From assembly GCA_016288655.1 (NCBI GenBank), contig JAEEKX010000041.1, positions 3,367 through 67,366 of the forward strand: a DNA stretch of 64,000 bases, in the 5' to 3' direction. The notes under the pieces were generated by a model that saw only the letters and a list, made by a program, of their open reading frames with translations, did no database searches and was not told the DNA's origin. The position numbers were made by a program, and so were the translations under genes. This stretch comes from Bacteroidales bacterium. Lineage in GTDB: Bacteria > Bacteroidota > Bacteroidia > Bacteroidales > WCHB1-69. Below, one piece after another: positions 8,581 through 17,660 of this stretch. How positions within the stretch are numbered: the stretch's first letter is position 1; each line of letters starts with the position of its first letter.

Positions 8581-9831
8581 CTAATACTCCGTCTCCTCGC
8601 GGTTGATGGGACACGTCATGCAGCGGGCGCCGCCGCCGCCGCGCGGCAACTCCGAACCGGCGAAGGTGACCACGCACTTGTCGTAAGAGAAGGGATCGAT
8701 GCCGCCATCGACCACCTCTTCGGCGGGCAGGACATGGTAACCGGCACGCGCCAACGCGTCAATGGTGCGGGGATTGCGGCGATAGCCGATGATGTGGTCC
8801 TCGCCCAAGGCGAAGAAGTTGGCCCCGCTGTGCCACTGCTCCCGCTTCTGCGCCCACTCGTCATCGCCGCCGCAGAAGATCGGCTCCAAGTCGATGCCGC
8901 AGGCCTTCAACGCCTCCAAGATGTTGGGCATCTCGCGCGTGGTGACCTTGCCGTTGTCGCTGCTGATGATCGTGGTGCGCTTGCCGGCGAAGATGCCGCT
9001 CTTCCGAATCAACGGCTCATAGGCCATGCAACTGTGGGGACCGAGGAAGGTGAACACCATGTCAAGGTGGATGAAAGAGTCCGGTGCCAGCGGCAACTCC
9101 TGTGCGATGATGGTGAACTTCGGCAGGTGCCGGTGCGCCTTCATCAGGTAGTCGATGCCCGCGTGGTTGGTGCGGATTCCGCAGCCCACGCACAGCAGGT
9201 CGTTGCGCACGATCTGCACGTCGCCGCCCTCCGTCCGCGCGTTCGGATCAGCCGTCTGAGCACAGAACGTGTCGGCGTGGAAGAAGTGCTCGAAAATGGC
9301 ACGGTAAATCAGCGTCTCGCGCTGGCGCACGTGGAAAGACATCGTGTTGATGAGCGCCCGGTCGTGGACGCACGAGGCGGCGTCACGGGTGAAGAAGAGG
9401 TTGTACAACGGCTTTAGCACATACCGCGCATCCGCTAAATGGACGGGATCCTTGCCGGGACGGTACTGAACACCCTCCACCAACTCGTGCGCCAGTTGCT
9501 GAGGCGTGTGCGTCAGCAACTCGTCCGCCAGGTGCCCGCAGGCGTCAATCTGACAACTTTTGCGCACTAAATCCTCCGCGACTGCCGGCGTCTGAAGGAT
9601 CTCCGCCAGCAAATCCATCACCTCGTAAGTGTGTGTGCAGCGGTTGAATACCCCGCGGAAATAGCGGTACTCCTGACTCACGATGTCGAGACTGAGGATG
9701 TCGCTGTACAGGGCGTCATGGGCGTTTTCGGGCGTCATGGCCTCGATTTCCGGACCCGGAGTGTGCAACAAAACGGCATTCAGCCGGCCGATTTCCGAGT
9801 ATAGTTTGACGGGGATTCTGTCAGTGGTCAT
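8581..9831 (-). CDS. arcA: arginine deiminase family protein
   Basis: N-terminal SEIGRLNAVLLHTPGPEI and C-terminal GGGGARCMTCPINRE (catalytic Cys motif of the guanidino-modifying ADI family), 416 aa. Confidence 0.7.
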   Translation of the reverse strand: MTTDRIPVKLYSEIGRLNAVLLHTPGPEIEAMTPENAHDALYSDILSLDIVSQEYRYFRGVFNRCTHTYEVMDLLAEILQTPAVAEDLVRKSCQIDACGHLADELLTHTPQQLAHELVEGVQYRPGKDPVHLADARYVLKPLYNLFFTRDAASCVHDRALINTMSFHVRQRETLIYRAIFEHFFHADTFCAQTADPNARTEGGDVQIVRNDLLCVGCGIRTNHAGIDYLMKAHRHLPKFTIIAQELPLAPDSFIHLDMVFTFLGPHSCMAYEPLIRKSGIFAGKRTTIISSDNGKVTTREMPNILEALKACGIDLEPIFCGGDDEWAQKREQWHSGANFFALGEDHIIGYRRNPRTIDALARAGYHVLPAEEVVDGGIDPFSYDKCVVTFAGSELPRGGGGARCMTCPINREETEY

Positions 9832-9871
9832 TATGGCTTGCGTTAAGATTTGCGATTCTTTTTTTGGAGGT

Positions 9872-9879
9872 GCAAAGAT
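9872..9879 (-). promoter_or_regulatory. candidate -7 box TATCTTTG (minus strand) for arcA
   Basis: The reverse complement of CAAAGATA matches TAnnTTTG, about 40 nt upstream of the arcA start. Confidence 0.45.
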
Positions 9880-9893
9880 ACGCGTTTTTTCGC

Positions 9894-9901
9894 TATCTTT
9901 G
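9894..9901 (+). promoter_or_regulatory. candidate -7 box TATCTTTG for the TraB/GumN gene
   Basis: TAnnTTTG match 23 nt upstream of the ATG at 9924, back-to-back with the arcA box. Confidence 0.45.
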
Positions 9902-9923
9902 CCGCGTGATTAAAACCTTTTTT

Positions 9924-10808
9924 ATGAAAAGAATACTTTTTACCCTCGCCCTCGTTTTCACTGTCGCCTTCTCCAGTGCCCAGGCGCTGCTCTGGAAAGT
10001 CTCCGGCAACGGCATGCAGTCGCCCTCCTACCTGTATGGCAGCATTCACATCCAAGACCAGCGCGTCTTCTCCTTCGACACCACCGTGCTTACAGCGCTT
10101 TACTCCTGCGACGCCTTCGCCATGGAAATCCTCATGGACGAGATCGACCCGAAGGAACTCAAGTCCGCCATGTACATGCCCAAGGGCAAACTGCTGTCGG
10201 AGATGATGCCGGCAGAGGATTTCGCTAAGTTGGACAGTCTGTGCAAGAAGAAGATCCATGTTTCGGCCTATCTGATGAACACCACCAAGCCCTTCTTCGT
10301 CATGTCGGCGTTACAGTCGTCCTCCTTCTCGCAAGACCAGGAGGAGGCCCTCGACCTCTTCTTCCTGAAGAAGGCCCGCGAAGCAGGCAAACTCTGTTAC
10401 GGCGTGGAGAAGTACCAGACCCAGGTCGATGCCATCGACGCCATCAAGTTGAAGGAGCAGGTGAAGATGCTGACGGAGTCCATCAACGACACCTCCGCCG
10501 ACACCGGCGACGACCAGATGTTGGGCCTTCTCAACGCCTACCTCGGTTTCGAACTCGATTCGCTGCTGGCGTTGAGCGACGACGCCAGCATGCCCAAAAA
10601 ATTCAACAAGGTGTTCCTCATCGATCGCAACGTGGGTATGGCCAACAACTTCGAGAAGATCGCCCGCGAGCACTCGCTCTTCTGCGCGGTCGGCGCGGCG
10701 CACCTCGGCGGCCCCAAGGGCGTCATCTCCCTCCTCCGCAGGAAAGGATACACCGTCGAGCCGGTCCCCTTCCAGTGGAAAGAGCAACTCGCTCCTGCCA
10801 AAGAATAA
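9924..10808 (+). CDS. TraB/GumN family protein (exported)
   Basis: Signal peptide, then LLWKVSGNGMQSPSYLYGSIHIQD, the hallmark N-terminal block of the TraB/GumN/PrgY-like family, and C-terminal FCAVGAAHLGG. Confidence 0.75.
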   Translation: MKRILFTLALVFTVAFSSAQALLWKVSGNGMQSPSYLYGSIHIQDQRVFSFDTTVLTALYSCDAFAMEILMDEIDPKELKSAMYMPKGKLLSEMMPAEDFAKLDSLCKKKIHVSAYLMNTTKPFFVMSALQSSSFSQDQEEALDLFFLKKAREAGKLCYGVEKYQTQVDAIDAIKLKEQVKMLTESINDTSADTGDDQMLGLLNAYLGFELDSLLALSDDASMPKKFNKVFLIDRNVGMANNFEKIAREHSLFCAVGAAHLGGPKGVISLLRRKGYTVEPVPFQWKEQLAPAKE

Positions 10809-10831
10809 GGGTTAATACATTGCCTTTCAAT

Positions 10832-10845
10832 ATGTAACCTATAAC
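10832..10845. repeat. second copy of the heptamer seed TGTAACC TATAACC
   Basis: The 14-mer TGTAACCTATAACC is identical to 8529-8542. It sits 24 nt after the TraB/GumN stop, at the edge of the GC-rich island. Confidence 0.8.
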
Positions 10846-10899
10846 CATACGAGGGCGCCCCGGCGGGGCATGCCCCACCATCATCTCGCATTTTCTTCT

Positions 10900-10930
10900 G
10901 TGTCCCACGGGCGTCTCGCCTGTGGGACAC
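10900..10930. repeat. hairpin-forming inverted repeat GTGTCCCAC-N13-GTGGGACAC
   Basis: Perfect 9-bp arms read directly. GTCTCGCC recurs in the loop and again at 10936-10943. Confidence 0.8.
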
Positions 10931-11006
10931 CTAATGTCTCGCCCCGCCGGACGGGCTGTCCGCTTTACTTCACTTCGCGGTGAACACGGCAGCAGGGCGG
11001 GCGGCA

Positions 11007-11032
11007 TAGAGCCGCACGGCCGTGCGGCTCTA
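11007..11032. repeat. perfect 26-bp palindrome TAGAGCCGCACGG/CCGTGCGGCTCTA
   Basis: Self-complementary over all 26 nt. The flanks (GCAGCAGGGCGGGCGG ... CCGCTCGCCCGCCGCTGC) are imperfectly complementary and extend the potential stem. Confidence 0.85.
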
Positions 11033-11192
11033 CAGCGGCTTCCGTCGGTCGCCGCTCGCCCGCCGCTGCCGTAGCCCACCGCGCGCGTTCCGTGCCCGCT
11101 CCCATCCCTGGCGCGCGCTCTTCCGTCACCGCCATGTAATTGCGCGGCAAACCACCCGCTGCCGTCGTCGCACCCGCCACCGTGCCGCGCCG

Positions 11193-11288
11193 TCAGATCG
11201 CGGAATACCTGTTTTCGTCATCCTTGAGGGTCACGTACTGCACGAAGGAGTCGCTGCCCCGCAGGATGACAAACCGATGAAAACTCAT
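11193..11288 (-). CDS. 31-aa ORF MSFHRFVILRGSDSFVQYVTLKDDENRYSAI, either a gene remnant or a small protein
   Basis: GC3-rich codon usage like the real genes here, and non-repetitive composition. No recognisable family. Ends at a TGA that is in frame with the junk-like ORF 10965-11180. Confidence 0.25.
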   Translation of the reverse strand: MSFHRFVILRGSDSFVQYVTLKDDENRYSAI

Positions 11289-11349
11289 GCCTCGGTGACA
11301 TCGTCGCATATTTTTCCGCAAAAACACGACAAAATTGCGGAAAATCGTG

Positions 11350-11357
11350 TAAATTTG
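11350..11357 (+). promoter_or_regulatory. candidate -7 box TAAATTTG for panCD
   Basis: TAnnTTTG match 74 nt upstream of the panC ATG. Confidence 0.4.
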
Positions 11358-11430
11358 CGCGCTAAAAATGGTCTTGTGTAATTGAAGACAATTTATTGTT
11401 TATCAATACTATAAAAAAAAGAGAAACACT

Positions 11431-12267
11431 ATGACACTCATCAAGACGATACAGGAACTCCAAAAAGCGCTGGCACCGGCACACGCCGCCGGGAAAACCA
11501 TCGGGCTGGTGCCCACCATGGGCGCACTGCACGAAGGGCACCTCTCGCTCATTCGCCGCGCACACGCCGAGAATGACCTCTGCGTGGTCTCGGTCTTCGT
11601 CAACCCCACGCAGTTCAACAACGCCGAGGACCTGCAGAAGTACCCCCGCACCCTCGACGCCGACCTCGCCCTCGTCGGCGACTTGGCCGACATCGTCTTC
11701 GCCCCCAGCGCGGAAGAGGTCTATCGCATCCCCGCCACGGAACACTATGACTTCGGTCCCGTGGAGCAGGTGATGGAAGGCCCTGCCCGCCCCGGCCACT
11801 TCAACGGCGTCGGCATCATCGTCAAGCGCCTGTTCGACTGGGTGGATCCCACCCGCGCCTACTTCGGCGAGAAGGACTACCAGCAGGTGGCCGTCGTCAA
11901 GACCCTTGTGCGCCAGTGCGGACTGAAACTTGAGATCATCCCTTGCCCCATCGTTCGCGAAGCCAGCGGCCTCGCCCTCAGTTCCCGCAACCAGCGGCTC
12001 ACCGCCGACCAGCGCGCCACCGCCGCCAACATCTACCGCATCCTCAAGGAGTCGCGCGACCTTCAAACCACGGACACCCAGAAGATCATTGCGTTCGTCG
12101 CCCGCGAGATAGAAAAGTACGACCTCTTCAAACTCGAATATTACCAAATCGTAGATGGAGAGACGCTGCAACCCATCGCCGACCTCACCGCAGCACCCAC
12201 CGCCGTCGGCTGCATCGCCGTTTGGGCCGACAACGTCAGACTTATCGACAACATCCGTTATAAATAG
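11431..12267 (+). CDS. panC: pantoate--beta-alanine ligase
   Basis: [17 protein letters not shown] (HIGH-like PanC motif), 278 aa. Confidence 0.95.
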   Translation: MTLIKTIQELQKALAPAHAAGKTIGLVPTMGALHEGHLSLIRRAHAENDLCVVSVFVNPTQFNNAEDLQKYPRTLDADLALVGDLADIVFAPSAEEVYRIPATEHYDFGPVEQVMEGPARPGHFNGVGIIVKRLFDWVDPTRAYFGEKDYQQVAVVKTLVRQCGLKLEIIPCPIVREASGLALSSRNQRLTADQRATAANIYRILKESRDLQTTDTQKIIAFVAREIEKYDLFKLEYYQIVDGETLQPIADLTAAPTAVGCIAVWADNVRLIDNIRYK

Positions 12268-12278
12268 TACATAGTACA

Positions 12279-12623
12279 ATGCAGATCGAGATTTTAAAAT
12301 CCAAAATTCACCAAGTCGCCGTCACCGAAGCCAACCTCAACTACGTCGGCAGCATCACCATCGATGAAAGTCTGATGAAAGCCGCCAACCTCATTGAGAA
12401 CGAGAAAGTTCAAGTCCTCGACATGAACAACGGCGAACGTTTCGAGACCTACGTCATCAAGGGAAAGAAAGACTCCGGCGTCATCTGCCTCAACGGCCCC
12501 GCCGCACGCAAAGTGCTCGTCGGCGACATCGTCGTCATCATCTCCTACTGCTCCATGGAGTTTGAGGAAGCCAAGAAATTCCACCCCACGGTGATCTTCC
12601 CGAAAAACAATAGAATTTCATAA
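12279..12623 (+). CDS. panD: aspartate 1-decarboxylase
   Basis: [25 protein letters not shown], including the self-processing G-S site, 114 aa. Confidence 0.95.
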   Translation: MQIEILKSKIHQVAVTEANLNYVGSITIDESLMKAANLIENEKVQVLDMNNGERFETYVIKGKKDSGVICLNGPAARKVLVGDIVVIISYCSMEFEEAKKFHPTVIFPKNNRIS

Positions 12624-12664
12624 CATACTGTAAATCACATTTTTATAAAAATAAAGTTCATACC

Positions 12665-13414
12665 ATGCATAGATTAGTACTTATCCGCCATGGCGAAAGC
12701 GAATGGAACAAGGCCAACCTGTTCACCGGCTGGACCGACGTCGATCTGTCGGAGAAGGGCCTTCAGGAAGCTGCCGAAGCCGGCATCGCCCTCAAAGACG
12801 CGGGCTTCCAGTTCGAATACGCCTACACCTCCTTCCTGAAACGCGCCATCAAGACCCTGAACATCGTGTTGGAGAAGATGGACCAACTATGGATCCCGGT
12901 GGAGAAGACGTGGCGCCTGAACGAAAAGCACTATGGTGCGCTGCAGGGGTTCAACAAGGCCGAGATGACCGAGAAGTACGGACCGGAGAAGATCAAACAG
13001 TGGCGCCGCAGTTATGACATCCGTCCCGAGAGTCTGTCCGACGACGACGAGCGCAACCCGGCCCTCGACCCGAAGTACCGCAACATCGACGACCCGCAGG
13101 CGAAGCCACACACCGAAGCGCTCTGCGACACCATCGCCCGCATAGTCCCCTATTGGGAGAACGTCATCCGCCCGCGCGTGCAGACCTCCGGCGACATCAT
13201 CATCGCCGCCCACGGCAACAGCCTCCGAGGCATTATCAAGGTGCTCAAGAACATCTCCGACGACGACATCATCGGACTCAACCTGCCCACCGGCATCCCC
13301 TACATCTTCGAATTCGACGACGACATGAAGTTGCAGAAGGACTATTTCCTCGCCGACGAAGAGACGGTGAAGAAACTGATGGACGCCGTCGCCAACCAAG
13401 GAAACCGAAAATAA
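12665..13414 (+). CDS. gpmA: 2,3-bisphosphoglycerate-dependent phosphoglycerate mutase
   Basis: LIRHGESEWNKANLFTGWTDVDLSEKG (RHGE catalytic motif), 249 aa. Confidence 0.95.
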   Translation: MHRLVLIRHGESEWNKANLFTGWTDVDLSEKGLQEAAEAGIALKDAGFQFEYAYTSFLKRAIKTLNIVLEKMDQLWIPVEKTWRLNEKHYGALQGFNKAEMTEKYGPEKIKQWRRSYDIRPESLSDDDERNPALDPKYRNIDDPQAKPHTEALCDTIARIVPYWENVIRPRVQTSGDIIIAAHGNSLRGIIKVLKNISDDDIIGLNLPTGIPYIFEFDDDMKLQKDYFLADEETVKKLMDAVANQGNRK

Positions 13415-13447
13415 ACACCGGGCATCTCGCCCCGCAATATTCACAAC

Positions 13448-15274
13448 GTGCAAAAAATCAAGAATATAGCTATCATCGCCCACGTTGACCATGGCAAGAC
13501 CACCCTCGTGGACCGATTTCTCTATCAAAGCAACCTCTTCCGCAAGGAGCAACAGACGCAAGAACTGCTGCTTGACAACAACGACCTTGAACGCGAAAGA
13601 GGCATCACCATCCTGTCGAAGAATGTGTCTGTCCGTTACAAGGACTACAAGATCAACATCATCGACACTCCCGGCCACAGCGACTTCGGAGGCGAAGTGG
13701 AGCGCGTGCTCAACATGGCCGACGGCGTGCTGCTGATCGTGGATGCCCTTGAAGGCCCCATGCCGCAGACCCGCTTCGTCTGCCAGAAGGCCATCGAGAT
13801 GGGATTGAAGCCCATCGTGGTCATCAACAAGGTCGATAAGCCCAACTGCGACCCCGAACTGGCGCAGGAAGCCGTTTTTGAACTGATGTTCAACCTTGGC
13901 GCCAACGACGACCAACTCGACTTCCCCACCGTCTATGGCTCCGCCAAGCAGGGATGGATGGGCCCCGACTGGCGCACCCCCACCGAAGACGTCAGCTACC
14001 TGCTTGACCAGATCATCAAGTACATCCCCGACCCGAAGGTGGAAGAAGGCACGACCCAATTGATGATCTCCTCGCTCGACTACTCCTCCTACGTCGGCCG
14101 CATTGCCATCGGCAAACTCAAGCGCGGCACCCTCGACTGGGGGCAGAACGTGACCCTGGTGAAACGCGACGGCACCCGCGTGCAGTCGAAGATCAAGGAG
14201 TTGTATGTCTTTGAAGGACTGGGAAAAGAGAAGATGAAACAGACCATCTACCCAGGCGAGATATGCGCGGTACTCGGATTGGACAACTTCGACATCGGCG
14301 ACACCATCGCTGACTTCGAGAACCCCGAGCCGCTGCCGCCCATCAAGGTCGATGAGCCGACGATGAGCATGCTCTTCACGATCAATACCTCGCCCTTTTT
14401 CGGCAAGGAAGGCAAATACGTCACCTCACGCCACCTCCGCGACCGCCTCTACTTGGAGTTGGAGAAGAACCTCGCTTTGCGCGTGGAAGAGACCGACTCC
14501 CCCGACCGTCTGACCGTCTTCGGCCGTGGCATCCTGCATCTGTCGGTGCTTATCGAGACCATGCGCCGCGAAGGCTACGAACTGCAGGTCGGTCAGCCGC
14601 AGGTCATTATCAAGGAGATCGACGGAGTAAAATGCGAGCCGGTAGAGCAACTCACCGTGCTGGTGCCCGAAGAGTTCTCCAGCCGCGTCATCGACTACGT
14701 GTCGCGCCGCAAGGGCAGCCTAACCTCTATGGACACCGTCGGCGACCGCGTACACCTCAACTTCGAGATCCCGTCGCGCGGCATCATCGGCCTGCGCAAC
14801 CAAGTGCTCACTGCCACCGAAGGCGAGGCCATCATGTCGCACCGCTTCCTCGAGTTCCAACCCTGGAAAGGCGACATCCCCGGCCGTCACTGCGGCGCTC
14901 TCATCTCCATGGAGACAGGCCAGTCGTTTCCTTACGCTATCAACAAACTGCAAGACCGCGGCTCCTTCTTCATCGAACCCAACGACATGGTCTATGAAGG
15001 ACAGGTCATCGGTGAGCATATCCGTCAGGACGACTTGGTCATCAACGTGTGCAAGTCGAAGCAACTCAGCAACATGCGCGCCGCCGGCTCGGATGAGAAG
15101 ATGCGCATCGCGCCCTCCATCAAACTGTCGTTGGAAGAGTACATGGAGTTCATCGCCAACGATGAATATTTGGAAGTCACTCCCAAGTCGTTGCGTGTCA
15201 GAAAGATCCTGCTGAACGAAATCGACCGCAAGCGTGCCCGTCAGCGTGCGGAGAACGCCGCCAACGAAGAGTAA
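13448..15274 (+). CDS. typA: translational GTPase TypA/BipA
   Basis: GTG start. [20 protein letters not shown]1 motif, DTPGH, NKVD, 608 aa. Confidence 0.95.
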   Translation: MQKIKNIAIIAHVDHGKTTLVDRFLYQSNLFRKEQQTQELLLDNNDLERERGITILSKNVSVRYKDYKINIIDTPGHSDFGGEVERVLNMADGVLLIVDALEGPMPQTRFVCQKAIEMGLKPIVVINKVDKPNCDPELAQEAVFELMFNLGANDDQLDFPTVYGSAKQGWMGPDWRTPTEDVSYLLDQIIKYIPDPKVEEGTTQLMISSLDYSSYVGRIAIGKLKRGTLDWGQNVTLVKRDGTRVQSKIKELYVFEGLGKEKMKQTIYPGEICAVLGLDNFDIGDTIADFENPEPLPPIKVDEPTMSMLFTINTSPFFGKEGKYVTSRHLRDRLYLELEKNLALRVEETDSPDRLTVFGRGILHLSVLIETMRREGYELQVGQPQVIIKEIDGVKCEPVEQLTVLVPEEFSSRVIDYVSRRKGSLTSMDTVGDRVHLNFEIPSRGIIGLRNQVLTATEGEAIMSHRFLEFQPWKGDIPGRHCGALISMETGQSFPYAINKLQDRGSFFIEPNDMVYEGQVIGEHIRQDDLVINVCKSKQLSNMRAAGSDEKMRIAPSIKLSLEEYMEFIANDEYLEVTPKSLRVRKILLNEIDRKRARQRAENAANEE

Positions 15275-15304
15275 CCTTCCTCCCCGACCGAAAATACCAA
15301 CGAT

Positions 15305-16249
15305 ATGTCCAAAGCACAACAGCCCTTCGCCGTGGGCATCGACATCGGCGGCACCAACACTGACTTAGGGCTTGTTACCGCCGAAGGCGTCTGCGTCCGT
15401 CGGCAACATCTCGCCACCCGCGATTTCAGCGAAGCGAACGCTTACGCTGACGCCCTCGCCAATGCGGTACGCGAACTGCTCGCCGCCCAGAAGATCACCC
15501 TCTCTGACATCGCCGGCATAGGCATCGGTGCCCCCAACGGCAACTTCTACACCGGTTCCATCGACTACGCCCCCAACTTGCAGTTCAAGGGACGGGTGAT
15601 GCTGAAGGAGTTGATGGAAGCCCGCTTAGCCACGACTGTCACCCTCACCAACGACGCCAACGCGGCGGCGTGGGGTGAGAAGGTATATGGTGGCGCGAAG
15701 GGGATGAACGACTTCATCCTCATCACCTTGGGTACGGGCGTTGGCAGCGGTATCGTCGTCAACGGGCAGATGGTCTATGGCCATGACGGCTTCGCGGGCG
15801 AACTCGGACACGCCACACTGCGCCCCAACGGGCGGCGCTGTTCCTGCGGCCGGCGCGGCTGCCTGGAAGAGTATGCCTCCGCCCGCGGCATCGTGCAAAC
15901 CTATAGGGAACTGCGCCGCCGCCACGGACTGGAGACACCCGCTGACATCACCTGCAAGGACCTGACAGCCCTCGCTGACAGCGGCGACGCGCTCGCCCAA
16001 CGCACCTGGGAACAGACGGCCAAGCACTTGGCTTTGGCACTCTCCAATGCCGTCACCTTCTCCTCCCCCGAAGCCATCTTCCTCATGGGCGGTCCCGTGC
16101 GGGCCGGCCACTGGCTGCTCGACCCGCTGCGCATCCACTTCGAGAAGTGCCTGCTCTCCATCTTCCAGGGAAAGACGCAGATCCTGCGCTCACAACTTGC
16201 CGACAACGATGCCGCCATCCTGGGCGCCGCTGCGTTGGCAACTTATTAG
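15305..16249 (+). CDS. ROK family sugar kinase (glucokinase-like)
   Basis: GIDIGGTN ATP-binding motif and the ROK zinc motif GHATLRPNGRRCSCGRRGCLEEY. Confidence 0.85.
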   Translation: MSKAQQPFAVGIDIGGTNTDLGLVTAEGVCVRRQHLATRDFSEANAYADALANAVRELLAAQKITLSDIAGIGIGAPNGNFYTGSIDYAPNLQFKGRVMLKELMEARLATTVTLTNDANAAAWGEKVYGGAKGMNDFILITLGTGVGSGIVVNGQMVYGHDGFAGELGHATLRPNGRRCSCGRRGCLEEYASARGIVQTYRELRRRHGLETPADITCKDLTALADSGDALAQRTWEQTAKHLALALSNAVTFSSPEAIFLMGGPVRAGHWLLDPLRIHFEKCLLSIFQGKTQILRSQLADNDAAILGAAALATY

Positions 16250-16275
16250 CATCCAATAATTTACAAAAAAATACC

Positions 16276-17592
16276 ATGAACTGGGATCTTCTGCTCACCG
16301 AAAGCCGCATCCGTCCATCAAACCGCAAGAGCGATGCCCGAAGCGCCTTCGAGAGCGACTACGGACGTATCATCTTCAGTCCTGCCACCCGCCGCATGCA
16401 TGCCAAGACGCAGGTGTTCCCGCTCACCGAAGACGACAACATCCACTCGCGGCTTACGCACTCGCTCGAAGTGATGTCGCTGGGATACTCGCTCAGCATC
16501 CGCTTCTGCGAAAGCGATGAGTTACAGCGTCGTACTGGTCGCGATACCTACACGCTCTTCCGTGAGATCCCCGTCATCGTGCAGAATGCTTGTCTGGTAC
16601 ACGACATCGGCAACCCGCCCTTCGGGCATTTCGGCGAGACTGTCATCGGCGAGTATTTCCAGAAGTTCTTTGAGCGCGACGACTGCCCGCTGACCCTCAG
16701 CGCCGACGAGCAGCGCGAGTTCATCCACTTCGACGGCAACGCCCAGGGGCTGCGCGTGCTCACCAAGTTGCAGCATCTCAACGACCGTTACGGGCTCAAC
16801 CTCACCTGCCCCACGCTGGCCGCCGGGCTGAAATACCCCAACCCCAACGCCATCGACAAAAGTCGCATTGAGACCCGCAAGGTGGGAGTCTATCAGTCTG
16901 AGAAAGAGTATCTTGATATCATTGCCGACCATTGCGGGCTGCGGGTCGGCGAGCGCATCGTGCGACACCCGCTCTGCTACCTCGTCGAAGCCGCCGACTC
17001 CATCTGCTACCTCACTATGGATCTCGAAGACGGCTTTGGCAAGCACCTGTACACGTTGGAGATGCTGCGCGATGCCATCCATGCCGACTTCCCCGAAATC
17101 AATGAACTGATTTCGGAGAATGTTCCCGACAAAGCGAAGATTACCAAGATCCGCAATGCGTTGATCACCAAATTGGTAGATATCGCTTTTACCCGCTTTG
17201 AGCAGAATATCGACAGCATCGAAGCCGGCACGTTCAACCAGGAACTGATTTTCTCCAGTTCAGAATTGGGAAACCACCTGCAGGCCTTCTGCATCGAGCA
17301 TATTTTCTCGATTTCCAGCATCTACGAGCTGGAACTGCTTGGGCATAATGTGCTGACAGCCCTGCTGGACTTTTTCACCGACTGCCTGTTTGTCAGGGGC
17401 AAGCAATACCGTCGCCGCGCAGTCAAATTGCTGTCGGACAATATCCTGCAAGTTGCCTTGATGGAAATTGGCGCCGCCACCTTCAACGACCTGCCGGACT
17501 ATTACAAACTGCGGGTGGTCGTAGATTTCCTCACCGGCATGACCGACCGCTACGCCCTGAACTTCTATCGGAAGGTTTCCGGCATCCGATAG
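16276..17592 (+). CDS. dgt: dGTP triphosphohydrolase-like HD-domain protein
   Basis: FESDYGRIIFSPATRRMHAKTQVFP..HSRLTHSLEV and HDIGNPPFGH HD motifs. Start at MNWDLL (16276), not the overlapping upstream extension. Confidence 0.85.
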   Translation: MNWDLLLTESRIRPSNRKSDARSAFESDYGRIIFSPATRRMHAKTQVFPLTEDDNIHSRLTHSLEVMSLGYSLSIRFCESDELQRRTGRDTYTLFREIPVIVQNACLVHDIGNPPFGHFGETVIGEYFQKFFERDDCPLTLSADEQREFIHFDGNAQGLRVLTKLQHLNDRYGLNLTCPTLAAGLKYPNPNAIDKSRIETRKVGVYQSEKEYLDIIADHCGLRVGERIVRHPLCYLVEAADSICYLTMDLEDGFGKHLYTLEMLRDAIHADFPEINELISENVPDKAKITKIRNALITKLVDIAFTRFEQNIDSIEAGTFNQELIFSSSELGNHLQAFCIEHIFSISSIYELELLGHNVLTALLDFFTDCLFVRGKQYRRRAVKLLSDNILQVALMEIGAATFNDLPDYYKLRVVVDFLTGMTDRYALNFYRKVSGIR

Positions 17593-17660
17593 CAAGGTTC
17601 CGCAGATCGCGTTTTTTTAACAGGAACTTATTTTTAATCCGCAACCATCCCTGCAGCATG

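Noticed and set aside
10723-11381. ORFs 10723-11079(-), 10965-11180(-) and 11022-11381(+) inside the GC-rich island.
   Set aside because: All are Ala/Arg/Gly/Pro-rich, overlap one another in different frames and run through perfect palindromes. I treat the region as non-coding or decayed and report it as a finding instead.
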